Part shown: piece after piece, positions 8,851 to 17,197 of the stretch
Numbering within the stretch: the first letter of the stretch is position 1
How the letters are laid out: the number at the start of each line of letters is the position of its first letter
Source of the DNA: Planctomycetota bacterium
Lineage (GTDB): Bacteria; Planctomycetota; Phycisphaerae; Sedimentisphaerales; Anaerobacaceae
Assembly: GCA_042569785.1 (NCBI GenBank)
Contig: JBHPGW010000005.1
Location: forward strand, 3,347 to 67,346
Direction: 5' to 3'
DNA: 64,000 nucleotides
Program-made: the position numbers and the translations under genes
Notes under the pieces: model-generated
The model's database searches: none
Seen by the model: only the letters and a program-made list of their open reading frames with translations
Told to the model about the DNA's origin: nothing

Positions 8851-10545
8851 TCATTCCTTATGGTCAGCAACTATTTTTATCGCTGATTCAAGTGGTTCAA
8901 TTAATATCGTGCTTCGCCCGCGGCTGCCGGATTCTATTTTGTGTTCCCTGATCAAACCTTTCTCAATAAGGCCGGGACGAGCTCGCTGAACTGTATTAGG
9001 GCTTATGCCAGCGAGTTTGGCGTATTCACTGGAGGGATGCATTGGATGTTCGACTACTGCCAGGATGAATTTGAATTCACTCTGGCTCAAATCACCGTAC
9101 TTTTTACCAAGTGATTCACTCCTTAGTTCAATATTTTCAATCCCGGACCAGTTTGAAAATTCAGTTGCAGGTATAACCTTTAGAGATTCCAGTGGCTTTA
9201 GACTGTCATCGGCATCTTTGTCTGTTACGGGCTGTAGCTGGTCTCGTTTAAGTTCTGGTACCTCGAACAAAAACGGGTATCGCCAATTACCTTCACCAAC
9301 CTGTCCGGCAAAAAGTCCCGGCTTAAGATGGTGTGTACACCAGATAATCTGTTCCTGCGTCAACCCTATAAAACCACCGGCGGCTTTGTAGTCCGGGACA
9401 GAACCACATCGTCCGACTATCTTTGTTGATGTTATGCTTGGTAGGCGAACCGAAAGATTGTCAGGACCCAGGACAGATATACTAAAGCCAATACCTGCGC
9501 CTCTGACAAGGCCAGCCATATCTGTAATGGCGTTACCATGATAGCCGGAGGTTTCTTTTTTCTGGGAAAAAGTCCGTTGACCTTCATCAAAGCTTATCCA
9601 TAAATCCATCCCCTGGTTCGATACACCTCTGGCTATCCGTGAACAAAACTCCGATGCTACAGGGTAATTTTGGAGCAGGTCCTGGACAGTTTCAGGCAAA
9701 CCCGCCAGTTCAAAGACTAAATGCGATTTAGCCAATTTATCAATATCCCAACCTTTATGATAGGCGAGTACTTGCGGTCCAAGTGTTAGCAGCACCGCTT
9801 CGAGATTGTCGATGATAGCCTGGCGTGCTTGGGGATTAGCATGCCTGTTGTAGCGAATAGCCTCAAACAAGTGGAAAAGAGTGGGATACATTTCACCGCC
9901 GTTGAATACACCATGCTTTTTGTAGAGCTTTATGATCGTACTTTTTAGTAAAACAGATGCCCTTGGAGGCAGGTTTAAAACATTGACCAAAAGATCGGCA
10001 GCGACTGAGGCATACTCGTTTGGATCTACACCAAAAGGTACCTGTAGTGGATTTACTTTAAACCGTCTCCCTCTGATTATTATCAGGTCAATGTCTTGTT
10101 TTGCTAAGTGCTTTCTGAGAAATCGAAATTCTCTCTTCCTCAAATCAACCAGCCACATACCGCGGACGTGAGGGGCGATCTGGATTGCATAAAAGATAGT
10201 CAACGTAGTTTTTCCCGAACCAGTATTAGCTATGATTAGCGTGCCCGCATTCAAGTACTGAATGAATGCCTTTATCGGGTTTCCATATTCATCGGCGCCG
10301 ATAATAAAATCGCCTTTACGAAGCTTGGACGGTAGGAAAGGGGAACCACTCCGAGCGATCCTTCTCTGTGCATTAGTAACCCTTTTTACAATTTGGCTGA
10401 TAATGAATTTGTCCTGTATCCCATGGCCAAAGCATCTAAGAAGCTGCCTACCGGCAAAATCCTCAAATACACCAAGTTGCTTACCTATTTCTATCTTTTT
10501 TTCTAACTCAGTTAAGGCGTCATCATTTTTCATTTGTTTTTCCAT
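8851..10545 (-). CDS. HerA/FtsK-superfamily P-loop ATPase with C-terminal winged-helix DNA-binding domain
   Basis: The track ORF (to 10887) has a 114-aa N-terminal extension that overlaps the Cys-rich gene in another frame. The ATG at 10545 (MEKQMKNDD) gives a 23-nt overlap. Motifs: Walker A IIANTGSGKTT; VNPL; Walker B-like LWISFDEGQ; C-terminal wHTH SEYAKLAGISPNTVQRARPGLIEKGLIRE. Confidence 0.7.
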   Translation of the reverse strand: MEKQMKNDDALTELEKKIEIGKQLGVFEDFAGRQLLRCFGHGIQDKFIISQIVKRVTNAQRRIARSGSPFLPSKLRKGDFIIGADEYGNPIKAFIQYLNAGTLIIANTGSGKTTLTIFYAIQIAPHVRGMWLVDLRKREFRFLRKHLAKQDIDLIIIRGRRFKVNPLQVPFGVDPNEYASVAADLLVNVLNLPPRASVLLKSTIIKLYKKHGVFNGGEMYPTLFHLFEAIRYNRHANPQARQAIIDNLEAVLLTLGPQVLAYHKGWDIDKLAKSHLVFELAGLPETVQDLLQNYPVASEFCSRIARGVSNQGMDLWISFDEGQRTFSQKKETSGYHGNAITDMAGLVRGAGIGFSISVLGPDNLSVRLPSITSTKIVGRCGSVPDYKAAGGFIGLTQEQIIWCTHHLKPGLFAGQVGEGNWRYPFLFEVPELKRDQLQPVTDKDADDSLKPLESLKVIPATEFSNWSGIENIELRSESLGKKYGDLSQSEFKFILAVVEHPMHPSSEYAKLAGISPNTVQRARPGLIEKGLIREHKIESGSRGRSTILIEPLESAIKIVADHKE

Positions 10546-10966
10546 CTTCCTCGACAAACGGTAAAAACAGTGTTTTTCCTGTGGCAATCCAGAGGCTCTT
10601 ACGAACGATATTGCCATGACAACTTCTGCAGAAAGGAATAGTTCGCCCGTCAGGCAATTGAAGGTAATGGGCATGAGCCCTACATAAGGGACTGCCACAG
10701 CCTGAGGGATGGGGATTCTCTGTTCCACCACAATGCTTGTGGCATTTGATACAACTGATGGCCCCGCATTCGCGACACCGGCCACCAACAGAAGAAGTAA
10801 TGCAGCCACAATGGAGGCTTGGAATTTCTTCAAGTTCATAGCTTTCAACACCACCGTCTTCTTCAGATAATTTATGATACTCATCATTAACTCCCAAGAT
10901 ATCTATTTCATCGCTTTGAGGGTTCTTGCTGAATCTTCGACGAAAAATTTTTCTTAAAAATGACAT
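10523..10966 (-). CDS. Cys/His-rich putative zinc-binding protein
   Basis: The track start (10990) is a TTG. The ATG at 10966 (MSFLRKIF) has GGAG 7 nt upstream. The core is CGCITSSVGGRCRECGAISCIKCHKHCGG...GCGSPLCRAHAH...FCRSCH, with several CxxC pairs. Confidence 0.5.
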   Translation of the reverse strand: MSFLRKIFRRRFSKNPQSDEIDILGVNDEYHKLSEEDGGVESYELEEIPSLHCGCITSSVGGRCRECGAISCIKCHKHCGGTENPHPSGCGSPLCRAHAHYLQLPDGRTIPFCRSCHGNIVRKSLWIATGKTLFLPFVEEDGKTNEK

Positions 10967-10983
10967 GTAATTGCTCCGATCTA

Positions 10984-11160
10984 TTACCAAGGAGAATCAA
11001 ATATCACCCGGTTTAACCAGCCGGATAGTCGATATACAAATTTAGCAATAAACCATAAGCTAAATACACTCAGCAATATCAAGTCAAACGCCAGAAATGC
11101 ATACCCAATAAACCTCAAGATATCACCGGCATTGTCAGTAAATTTCTTTTTCCAACTCAT
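10984..11160 (-). CDS. Small single-pass membrane protein (below the ORF-track size cut-off)
   Basis: My own translation: MSWKKKFTDNAGDILRFIGYAFLAFDLILLSVFSLWFIAKFVYRLSGWLNRVIFDSPW (58 aa). ATG at 11160 is preceded by AAGGACAGGAA. It fills the gap between two operon genes. Confidence 0.35.
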   Translation of the reverse strand: MSWKKKFTDNAGDILRFIGYAFLAFDLILLSVFSLWFIAKFVYRLSGWLNRVIFDSPW

Positions 11161-11184
11161 TTCCTGTCCTTAAAAAATAAAGGT

Positions 11185-11583
11185 TTAAATATGTGCCGGT
11201 TGAAAATGTCTTTTCCGCTTTCCAAAAGCTATCGTATGGCTCATATATTTTTTACACGTGTTACTGACAAACGCCCATACCTTTGAAGCTGTGTTTTGGG
11301 TAGGAAGAGCAGCGGCTTTAACGGCATCAACAGATGCTTTTGTAATGTCAGGATTGTTCTGCGTCTGTGGTACCACGACGTTGGGTTCGACGTTTATTGC
11401 GACCAGTAACTCTGCGGCCTTATTAGCGCAAGGCTTGTTGAACCTGTTAAGTGAGCTTCTCTGGAGATTTCGTACGATTCGTTTTCGAATCTTGTTAGGG
11501 CATGATACTGCCGATTGTACTTTGGTTTTGTTAATATGTCTTTTTCGTTTCATAGTATCTGCCTTTCCTTTCCCAAATTCCAA
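11185..11583 (-). CDS. Basic hypothetical protein
   Basis: 132 aa with a Lys/Arg-rich N-terminus (MKRKRHINKTK...IRKRIVRNLQR). It is the first gene of the minus-strand operon. No family recognised. Confidence 0.3.
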   Translation of the reverse strand: MEFGKGKADTMKRKRHINKTKVQSAVSCPNKIRKRIVRNLQRSSLNRFNKPCANKAAELLVAINVEPNVVVPQTQNNPDITKASVDAVKAAALPTQNTASKVWAFVSNTCKKYMSHTIAFGKRKRHFQPAHI

Positions 11584-11794
11584 ATGTGTAATTGACTTAT
11601 TCGTTTATCCCTTTTAAACTGTTGGTTAACTGAATAACTTTACAACCGGAAATTACCATAAATGTCTGTGTTGTTCAAGTTGAAATTTGCATAAATACCG
11701 ACACAGCAAGCACTTACATTGCTATGCTGGAAAAATAGATGAAGTGACAATATGGAGTTAGAGCAATCTTCCGGATTTTGCGGAAAATCGAAAA

Positions 11795-14287
11795 ATGAAT
11801 GAAAAGTGGCCAAAATTTAAGATATATGCTGTCATAGATGGAAACAGTTCAGGGCTGTTTGCAAAAAGACAAATGTCTAAACATGCTCACTGGGAAGAAG
11901 CTTACTTTTATCTGACAGGAGGATTGGAACCAACTGAGGAGATTAAAAACGCGTGTAAAGGCAATTGGAGTTTATTAGACAGAGGAGATTATAATGAGGA
12001 TCGGCTTTTAAGGGAGTTGGTAGAATATGCAAAAGCTGCCGACAAAGCCAGTGATATGAAAATGAGTTGCGAGGTTACAGAAAAACATCATGCAGAAAAA
12101 GGCTATCAGGAGACCGTGAATCGTTATTTCGAAAACCCGAAAGGGGATGCGGAAAAACTACCTTTTAAAAAGTTCTTTATTGATGCTCCAGTTTTTAAGA
12201 TGAGTGTTCTAAAAAACGTGCGGGGACAGCATGAAAAAGTTCAGGGAATGGCGGAAGAGTTTGGTGTATTATCTCCACACAACATCGTAGTACGAGATAA
12301 TTTCAAGTATTTACGGCCGATAGAAGATGTGCTGAGAATCAAAGGTAATGAAAAATCAAAGTGGTTTCGAAAAACAGGCCCTTTAGCGGTAGATTTTGAT
12401 ACTGACAAGGTGTATTGTCGCAGAGAACTGCTTGATAAGCTTAAGAGTATGATCCTGAGCAACTCGCTTTCAATTCTTGAGGGTGTTGCTGCAGTAGGAA
12501 AAACAGTGCTTATTCGTCAACTTGCCTATGAACTCTTTCAAGAAAATGAGTTGGAAGTATATTATTTTGATTGTGATTTGAATAGAGGATTTGATCAGGC
12601 TGAGCTTACAAATGAAATCAACACACTGTGCGGTGTATTTATACTGGAAAACATTCATCTTGAAATACGTAAGATTCAGCGGTTATTGGAACAAATCAAA
12701 GAAGATTCAAAAAAACATGTTCTTTTTACAACTAGACCTTCATTCAGGGAGTTTCAATATACAAAAGATAATAGTCTAAATAACCTGGACTTTATAAGGC
12801 TAAAACCTTTTTGTCAGGCAGATGAGATTATAGACCATTTCATGTCGGTTCATCCCAGTGGTTTTTTACCTTCGGAAGTCGTGCAATCCATAAAGGATAT
12901 TGCAAAGGGCAGTTTTTGGCTTATGGCATATGCACTTGAAGGCTATATCAAAAAGTGTGATACTGATGAACCGCGAGCCTGGTTGGTTGAAGGGATAAAG
13001 GAAGACATGGAAGATCTTGAAAAGTTAAACCATGGTTTCCCTGAAGTTTTGGTTGCACTTTCTCCTCTTTATCAAATCGAGATATTGACTGAAGAAGGTT
13101 TCTTAACGAACACCCTGGGCTTTGACTTGAACTTGTTGAATGAACTGGTCAGAAGAGGTGAAATAACGAGACAGGTGAATTTGGATCAGTATGTATTATA
13201 TGGGCTGCCACATTCAGCCTTAGCTAAAGTTTACTGGGAACATGGTAAAAAATACCGTCGGCGAAGAAAACTGCAAAAACCCATTGATTTTATTTACGAG
13301 TATGCTGTATCAGGGGTTCCTAACGGACTGGAAGCGATCGTATTTAAGAATGAAGATGTACGGAATCAACTGTACATGCGAGTTAATGCTGCTGGGAAAA
13401 TGACAGAGGTTATAGAAAATGAGCTGTCCATGAAAGCAGTTAACTTTTGGATTAAAGATTGTGGTTCTTGTTCTATCAATAACCAATTATTGGTGATTCT
13501 AACTAATAAAATTTCGACACATGATGACATCCGTAATGCGGGATATTGTTTTCGTGATTTATATAAAGTTAATCCTAAAGCGGGGCAAAAACTATTTGAC
13601 CACATAGACCTCAAAAAATTGGCGAGTAGATTTAGTAAATCTACACATGTCATGGAGACATCTTCTTTTATTGATTGTTTTAATACCTCTGATCATAATA
13701 TGGCTATAGAGTTTTGTAATCTTCTTGATATAAAGAAACTAGCAAACGTACTGCCAGAAGTGAAGGTCTTCGGATGTATTTGTGCACCAATTTCTATACT
13801 ATTTATGGTGAATGATAGCATGGGATGGGAGTTTTGGAATCTCTTGGATTGGAAAAAACTCATATCAAAGTCAAAACAAATGAAGTACATTGCAATGACT
13901 TGCTGGGGTATTGGGATGGTGTTTTCCTATCAGAAATCTGCAGGTGAAAAACTTTGGAAAATGTTGGATGTTCAAGAGCTGGCAGATGTAGTGGTTAAGC
14001 ATAAAAATCCTCTTCGTATACAGAAGTGCTTTTTTTTCCTAAATTCAATAAAAAATCCCAAACCTATGCGAGAGTTTTTGAATTTACTGGATATTAGCAC
14101 GTTGGCGAATAATTTGAAAAAGTCAAAAAACGAAAATGAAAAAAAAGACTGTGTTTCCTATATCTGCAAAGTAGATAGAAATATTGGCGAAAAGCTTAAA
14201 TCACTGTTAAGTGGTAATTATCAGTTGCCCTATATGCTAGAACACAAGAAAAAGGTGGCAGAGAGAAAGAAAGAAAGACCGGATTGA
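11795..14287 (+). CDS. STAND/NACHT-like P-loop NTPase with C-terminal ~40-aa tandem helical repeats
   Basis: 830 aa. P-loop LEGVAAVGKTVLIRQLAYEL and Walker B-like CGVFILENIH. At least 5 tandem repeats occupy nt ~13589-14215: KLFDHIDLKKLASRF / EFCNLLDIKKLANVL / EFWNLLDWKKLISKS / KLWKMLDVQELADVV / EFLNLLDISTLANNL. The N-terminal ~220 aa matches no family I recognise. Confidence 0.6.
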   Translation: MNEKWPKFKIYAVIDGNSSGLFAKRQMSKHAHWEEAYFYLTGGLEPTEEIKNACKGNWSLLDRGDYNEDRLLRELVEYAKAADKASDMKMSCEVTEKHHAEKGYQETVNRYFENPKGDAEKLPFKKFFIDAPVFKMSVLKNVRGQHEKVQGMAEEFGVLSPHNIVVRDNFKYLRPIEDVLRIKGNEKSKWFRKTGPLAVDFDTDKVYCRRELLDKLKSMILSNSLSILEGVAAVGKTVLIRQLAYELFQENELEVYYFDCDLNRGFDQAELTNEINTLCGVFILENIHLEIRKIQRLLEQIKEDSKKHVLFTTRPSFREFQYTKDNSLNNLDFIRLKPFCQADEIIDHFMSVHPSGFLPSEVVQSIKDIAKGSFWLMAYALEGYIKKCDTDEPRAWLVEGIKEDMEDLEKLNHGFPEVLVALSPLYQIEILTEEGFLTNTLGFDLNLLNELVRRGEITRQVNLDQYVLYGLPHSALAKVYWEHGKKYRRRRKLQKPIDFIYEYAVSGVPNGLEAIVFKNEDVRNQLYMRVNAAGKMTEVIENELSMKAVNFWIKDCGSCSINNQLLVILTNKISTHDDIRNAGYCFRDLYKVNPKAGQKLFDHIDLKKLASRFSKSTHVMETSSFIDCFNTSDHNMAIEFCNLLDIKKLANVLPEVKVFGCICAPISILFMVNDSMGWEFWNLLDWKKLISKSKQMKYIAMTCWGIGMVFSYQKSAGEKLWKMLDVQELADVVVKHKNPLRIQKCFFFLNSIKNPKPMREFLNLLDISTLANNLKKSKNENEKKDCVSYICKVDRNIGEKLKSLLSGNYQLPYMLEHKKKVAERKKERPD

Positions 14288-14583
14288 TTCCGGCCTTTAA
14301 AAAAATCAAGGAATTCTTATAGGCACTTCAAAAACATCTTCTTCGCTTTCTTTCTAACGGATTTTTGATGTTATCAATCAGCTTTAATGCCTGACGCTTG
14401 GTTATTTTTTCAGGTATCTCTGCTCCAAGCCTTTTCAAGTATGCGGTCTGGTTTTCTGTTGCTGGGTAACTGAGCAAGCAAAGTGCCTTTTATGGCTTTG
14501 AGGGCCGAGACATTTTTTTAACAAAATCACAAAGTTTATAAACCCCACTTTCTTATTATTACCACTGGAGAGTTACAGTACAA

Positions 14584-15144
14584 ATGTTTCCAAATAAAAC
14601 ATACGAGCTTCGAAAATTGTATTTTGAGCAGAGTAAGTACTCTGCAAAACCAATTAAGCCTGAGTATCCGCTATTATTACAGTGGCCTGAAAAAGGTTAT
14701 TTTAAAAAATTAAAGCCCGATGTTGATCTGCTGCAGAGGGCATTGAAACCTGACAAAAATATCGAGGAAAAAAGTATATCGGAACAAATATTTGGTAATG
14801 AGATAAAACAGCAATCTATTGACCTTCATCATATAGCGAATTTATTTTACGAGCGTTGCAGGCTTCACAAAAACCATATCTCAGAAATCGATAGAAGGCA
14901 TATTGAGGCCCAGGAAAAACTGTTTGGAGTTCAAATTAATAATGCATCAGATAAAGGCAAACGTCTTTCAACTCTGGAAGGCCAGTTGTCACAGCTTGAT
15001 CAACAGAGAAGAGAAGAAGAACTTGCGTTTTGGAAGGATACTGTAGAGCTAAGAGGAACGTTATTTGAAAACTCTGGTGACTACAGAGCCGCTAAGCAAA
15101 GAGAATTTATTTTCTCTGATGTGGAGGCTGGCTATGGCAGATAA
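14584..15144 (+). CDS. Coiled-coil hypothetical protein, partner of the second HerA-like ATPase
   Basis: 186 aa. Heptad-like region LSTLEGQLSQLDQQRREEELAFWKD. GGAG lies upstream of the ATG. Its stop overlaps the next gene's start (ATGGCAGATAA). Confidence 0.45.
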   Translation: MFPNKTYELRKLYFEQSKYSAKPIKPEYPLLLQWPEKGYFKKLKPDVDLLQRALKPDKNIEEKSISEQIFGNEIKQQSIDLHHIANLFYERCRLHKNHISEIDRRHIEAQEKLFGVQINNASDKGKRLSTLEGQLSQLDQQRREEELAFWKDTVELRGTLFENSGDYRAAKQREFIFSDVEAGYGR

Positions 15145-16801
15145 TACCGGTTCTGCAGGCGTGCGGCAGCTCTGTTTAAAATTAAAACCAGTACTTGGCT
15201 CTAAGATTGACAAAATCTATACCGCTTATATGGCTGAGGATGATAAAGGCAGAGACCAGATCGAACATTATTTACAACAATTAACAGCTAAATATCTGCC
15301 CACTAAACTAAGTGAAACCGGCACAGCCCTTATTCCACCATCGGAAGAGCAAGCTACAGGCGAATATCCAATTGGCAAAGTTCAATATGCTGGAAAAGAT
15401 TTTTATGACTTTAGCTTAAGAGAAGATGATTGGATCCAGCACATGGCAATACTTGGAAGGAGCGGAGCAGGTAAGACTAATGTAGGGTTTTTGATTATCG
15501 ATCAACTTAAAAAACATAACAAGCCATTCCTGCTGTTTGACTGGAAGCGTAATTACAGGGATTTGCTTTCTATCCCAGGATTTGAAGATGTGGAAGTTTA
15601 TACTATAGGAAGGAACATTGCACCATTTACGTTTAATCCGTTAATACCGCCAGCAGGTACCAATCCAAAGACATGGCTGAAAAAGCTAAATGAAGTGCTT
15701 GCTCATTCATATTGCCTAGGAAATGGATGTTTATTTTTACTTCAGCAGGCTGTCGATGCTGTGTATGAAAAGGCGGGCGTATATGAGGGCACTGTCGAAA
15801 AGTGGCCAACCTTTAATGATGTCATGCGCGAAGCTAGGAGCATGGACACACGAGGTAGGGAATCTGGCTGGTTGTCTTCAACATTAAGGGCTTTATCAAC
15901 ACTTTGCTTCGGTGATATGGATAAACTGGTAAATTCAAATAACAACAAAAGCATTGACCATATACTTGATAAAAATGTTATCCTCGAACTCGATGCCCTT
16001 ACTCAATCAGATAAAACCTTTTTTATTCAGTCAGCTTTGCTTTATTTGCATCATAAGCGTATGGCAGAAGAAAGAAGAGAAGATTTCAAACATGCAATCA
16101 TAATTGAGGAGGCACATCATATATTGTCAGACGAAAGAAGATCTTTAACCGGGGGGCAAAGTGTTATGGATATTGTCTTCAGAGAAATTCGTGAGTTTGG
16201 CGAAAGTCTGATACTATTGGATCAGCATCCGAGTAAAATATCACTTTACGCTCTCGGAAATACTTATTGTACGATCTGCATGAACTTAAAACACAAGACA
16301 GATATTAATGCCATGGCTCAGTGTATGCTGTTGGATCGAGATAGAGATATTTTAGGTTCGCTCGAAGTTGGCCAGGCTGTAGTGAAACTGCAGGGAAGGA
16401 TCGCGAGACCTTTTCAGATTCAAATGCCGCTGTTTGAAATACAAAAAGGGTCGGTTCGCGATAGTGATGTTAAAAAACATATGCAAGATATTGCTCCACC
16501 TATAGTCGTAGAAGATTTTCGGTTACCTGTCCAGGTATCTGAAAGTATCGCCATAGTGGAAACAAATCCAACTGATAAACTAAAAATTGCTTTTCTCAAA
16601 GATGTTGACGAGTATCCTGACAGTGGCATTGCCAACCGATATAAACGGCTTGACATTTCCGTACGTCAAGGCCAGAAAATTAAGGCACAGGCAGTTGGGG
16701 AAGATTTAATTGAAGAAGCGATCAAAGCTACAAGTTCAGGAAGATTAAACACCCTTAAGCTGACAGTGAAGGCTGAAATCTTGCTGTCTGACTCAAAATA
16801 A
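15134..16801 (+). CDS. HerA/FtsK-superfamily P-loop ATPase with C-terminal HTH-like region (second copy of the architecture)
   Basis: Preferred start is the ATG at 15134 (MADNTGSAG), which overlaps the upstream stop. Motifs: Walker A ILGRSGAGKTN; LLFDWKRNY; FNPL; Walker B AIIIEEAHHIL; LLDQHPS. C-terminal region: SGIANRYKRLDISVRQGQKIKAQAVGEDLIEE. Confidence 0.7.
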   Translation: MADNTGSAGVRQLCLKLKPVLGSKIDKIYTAYMAEDDKGRDQIEHYLQQLTAKYLPTKLSETGTALIPPSEEQATGEYPIGKVQYAGKDFYDFSLREDDWIQHMAILGRSGAGKTNVGFLIIDQLKKHNKPFLLFDWKRNYRDLLSIPGFEDVEVYTIGRNIAPFTFNPLIPPAGTNPKTWLKKLNEVLAHSYCLGNGCLFLLQQAVDAVYEKAGVYEGTVEKWPTFNDVMREARSMDTRGRESGWLSSTLRALSTLCFGDMDKLVNSNNNKSIDHILDKNVILELDALTQSDKTFFIQSALLYLHHKRMAEERREDFKHAIIIEEAHHILSDERRSLTGGQSVMDIVFREIREFGESLILLDQHPSKISLYALGNTYCTICMNLKHKTDINAMAQCMLLDRDRDILGSLEVGQAVVKLQGRIARPFQIQMPLFEIQKGSVRDSDVKKHMQDIAPPIVVEDFRLPVQVSESIAIVETNPTDKLKIAFLKDVDEYPDSGIANRYKRLDISVRQGQKIKAQAVGEDLIEEAIKATSSGRLNTLKLTVKAEILLSDSK

Positions 16802-16987
16802 GCTCATTTTTCAATGGTTTTTTGCTTCCGAAATTACCCTCATAAAATTATTTGCTTTAGGGTCGTATTAACAAGGACTTATGAATTACTTATCATTGTT
16901 TATCGTGGCGAATAGATAGAAGGATAAATAATAAATAAATCAAAAAAGGCGTTCTGTCCTTCAAAATGAAAGCTAAGAGAGAGTAGG

Positions 16988-17186
16988 GTTTATGCGTCAA
17001 GTCTATTGTTATAGGCTATCGCAGTATTCTATTTATTCAGTATATTTCACTGCCAGCTATGTCCAACCTATTCGCTTTCACCGGCTATAAAAAGCAAATG
17101 GCTTTTATAAATGTTTCTTACCACTCTGAGGTGAAAAGGAAATCACTCCTTCAAAAACATGAAGGAATTTGGCTCACGCATAAACT
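16988..17186. repeat. Iteron-like motif copies downstream of the orc1/cdc6-like gene, next to an AT-rich stretch
   Basis: acgcataaact at 17176-17186. An inverted copy, gtttatgcgt, at 16988-16997. An AT-rich run aatagatagaaggataaataataaataaatcaaaaaa at ~16911-16947. The 10-mer tccttcaaaa is repeated at 16957 and 17147. Confidence 0.45.
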
Positions 17187-17197
17187 GCACACTCTCT

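Noticed and set aside
8528-8989. Antisense ORFs of 100-165 aa opposite strong genes (e.g. 8528..8989, 9005..9391, 20942..21364, 21879..22373, 33027..33386, 37787..38212, 42445..42813, 49097..49483, 50435..50791)
   Set aside because: Each lies entirely within a longer opposite-strand gene that has recognisable family motifs. Their products are Ser/Leu/Phe-rich, as expected for shadow frames.
10546-10887. 114-aa N-terminal extension of the HerA-like ORF (track 8851..10887)
   Set aside because: It overlaps the Cys-rich gene in another frame and looks like a hydrophobic read-through product. The internal ATG at 10545 gives a typical short operon overlap and a sensible N-terminus.
14279-14310. 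Short hairpin (ccgga-ttgat-tccgg) at the STAND gene stop as a terminator
   Set aside because: The stem is only 5 bp and is followed by an A-run rather than a T-run on the coding strand, so it is not convincing.
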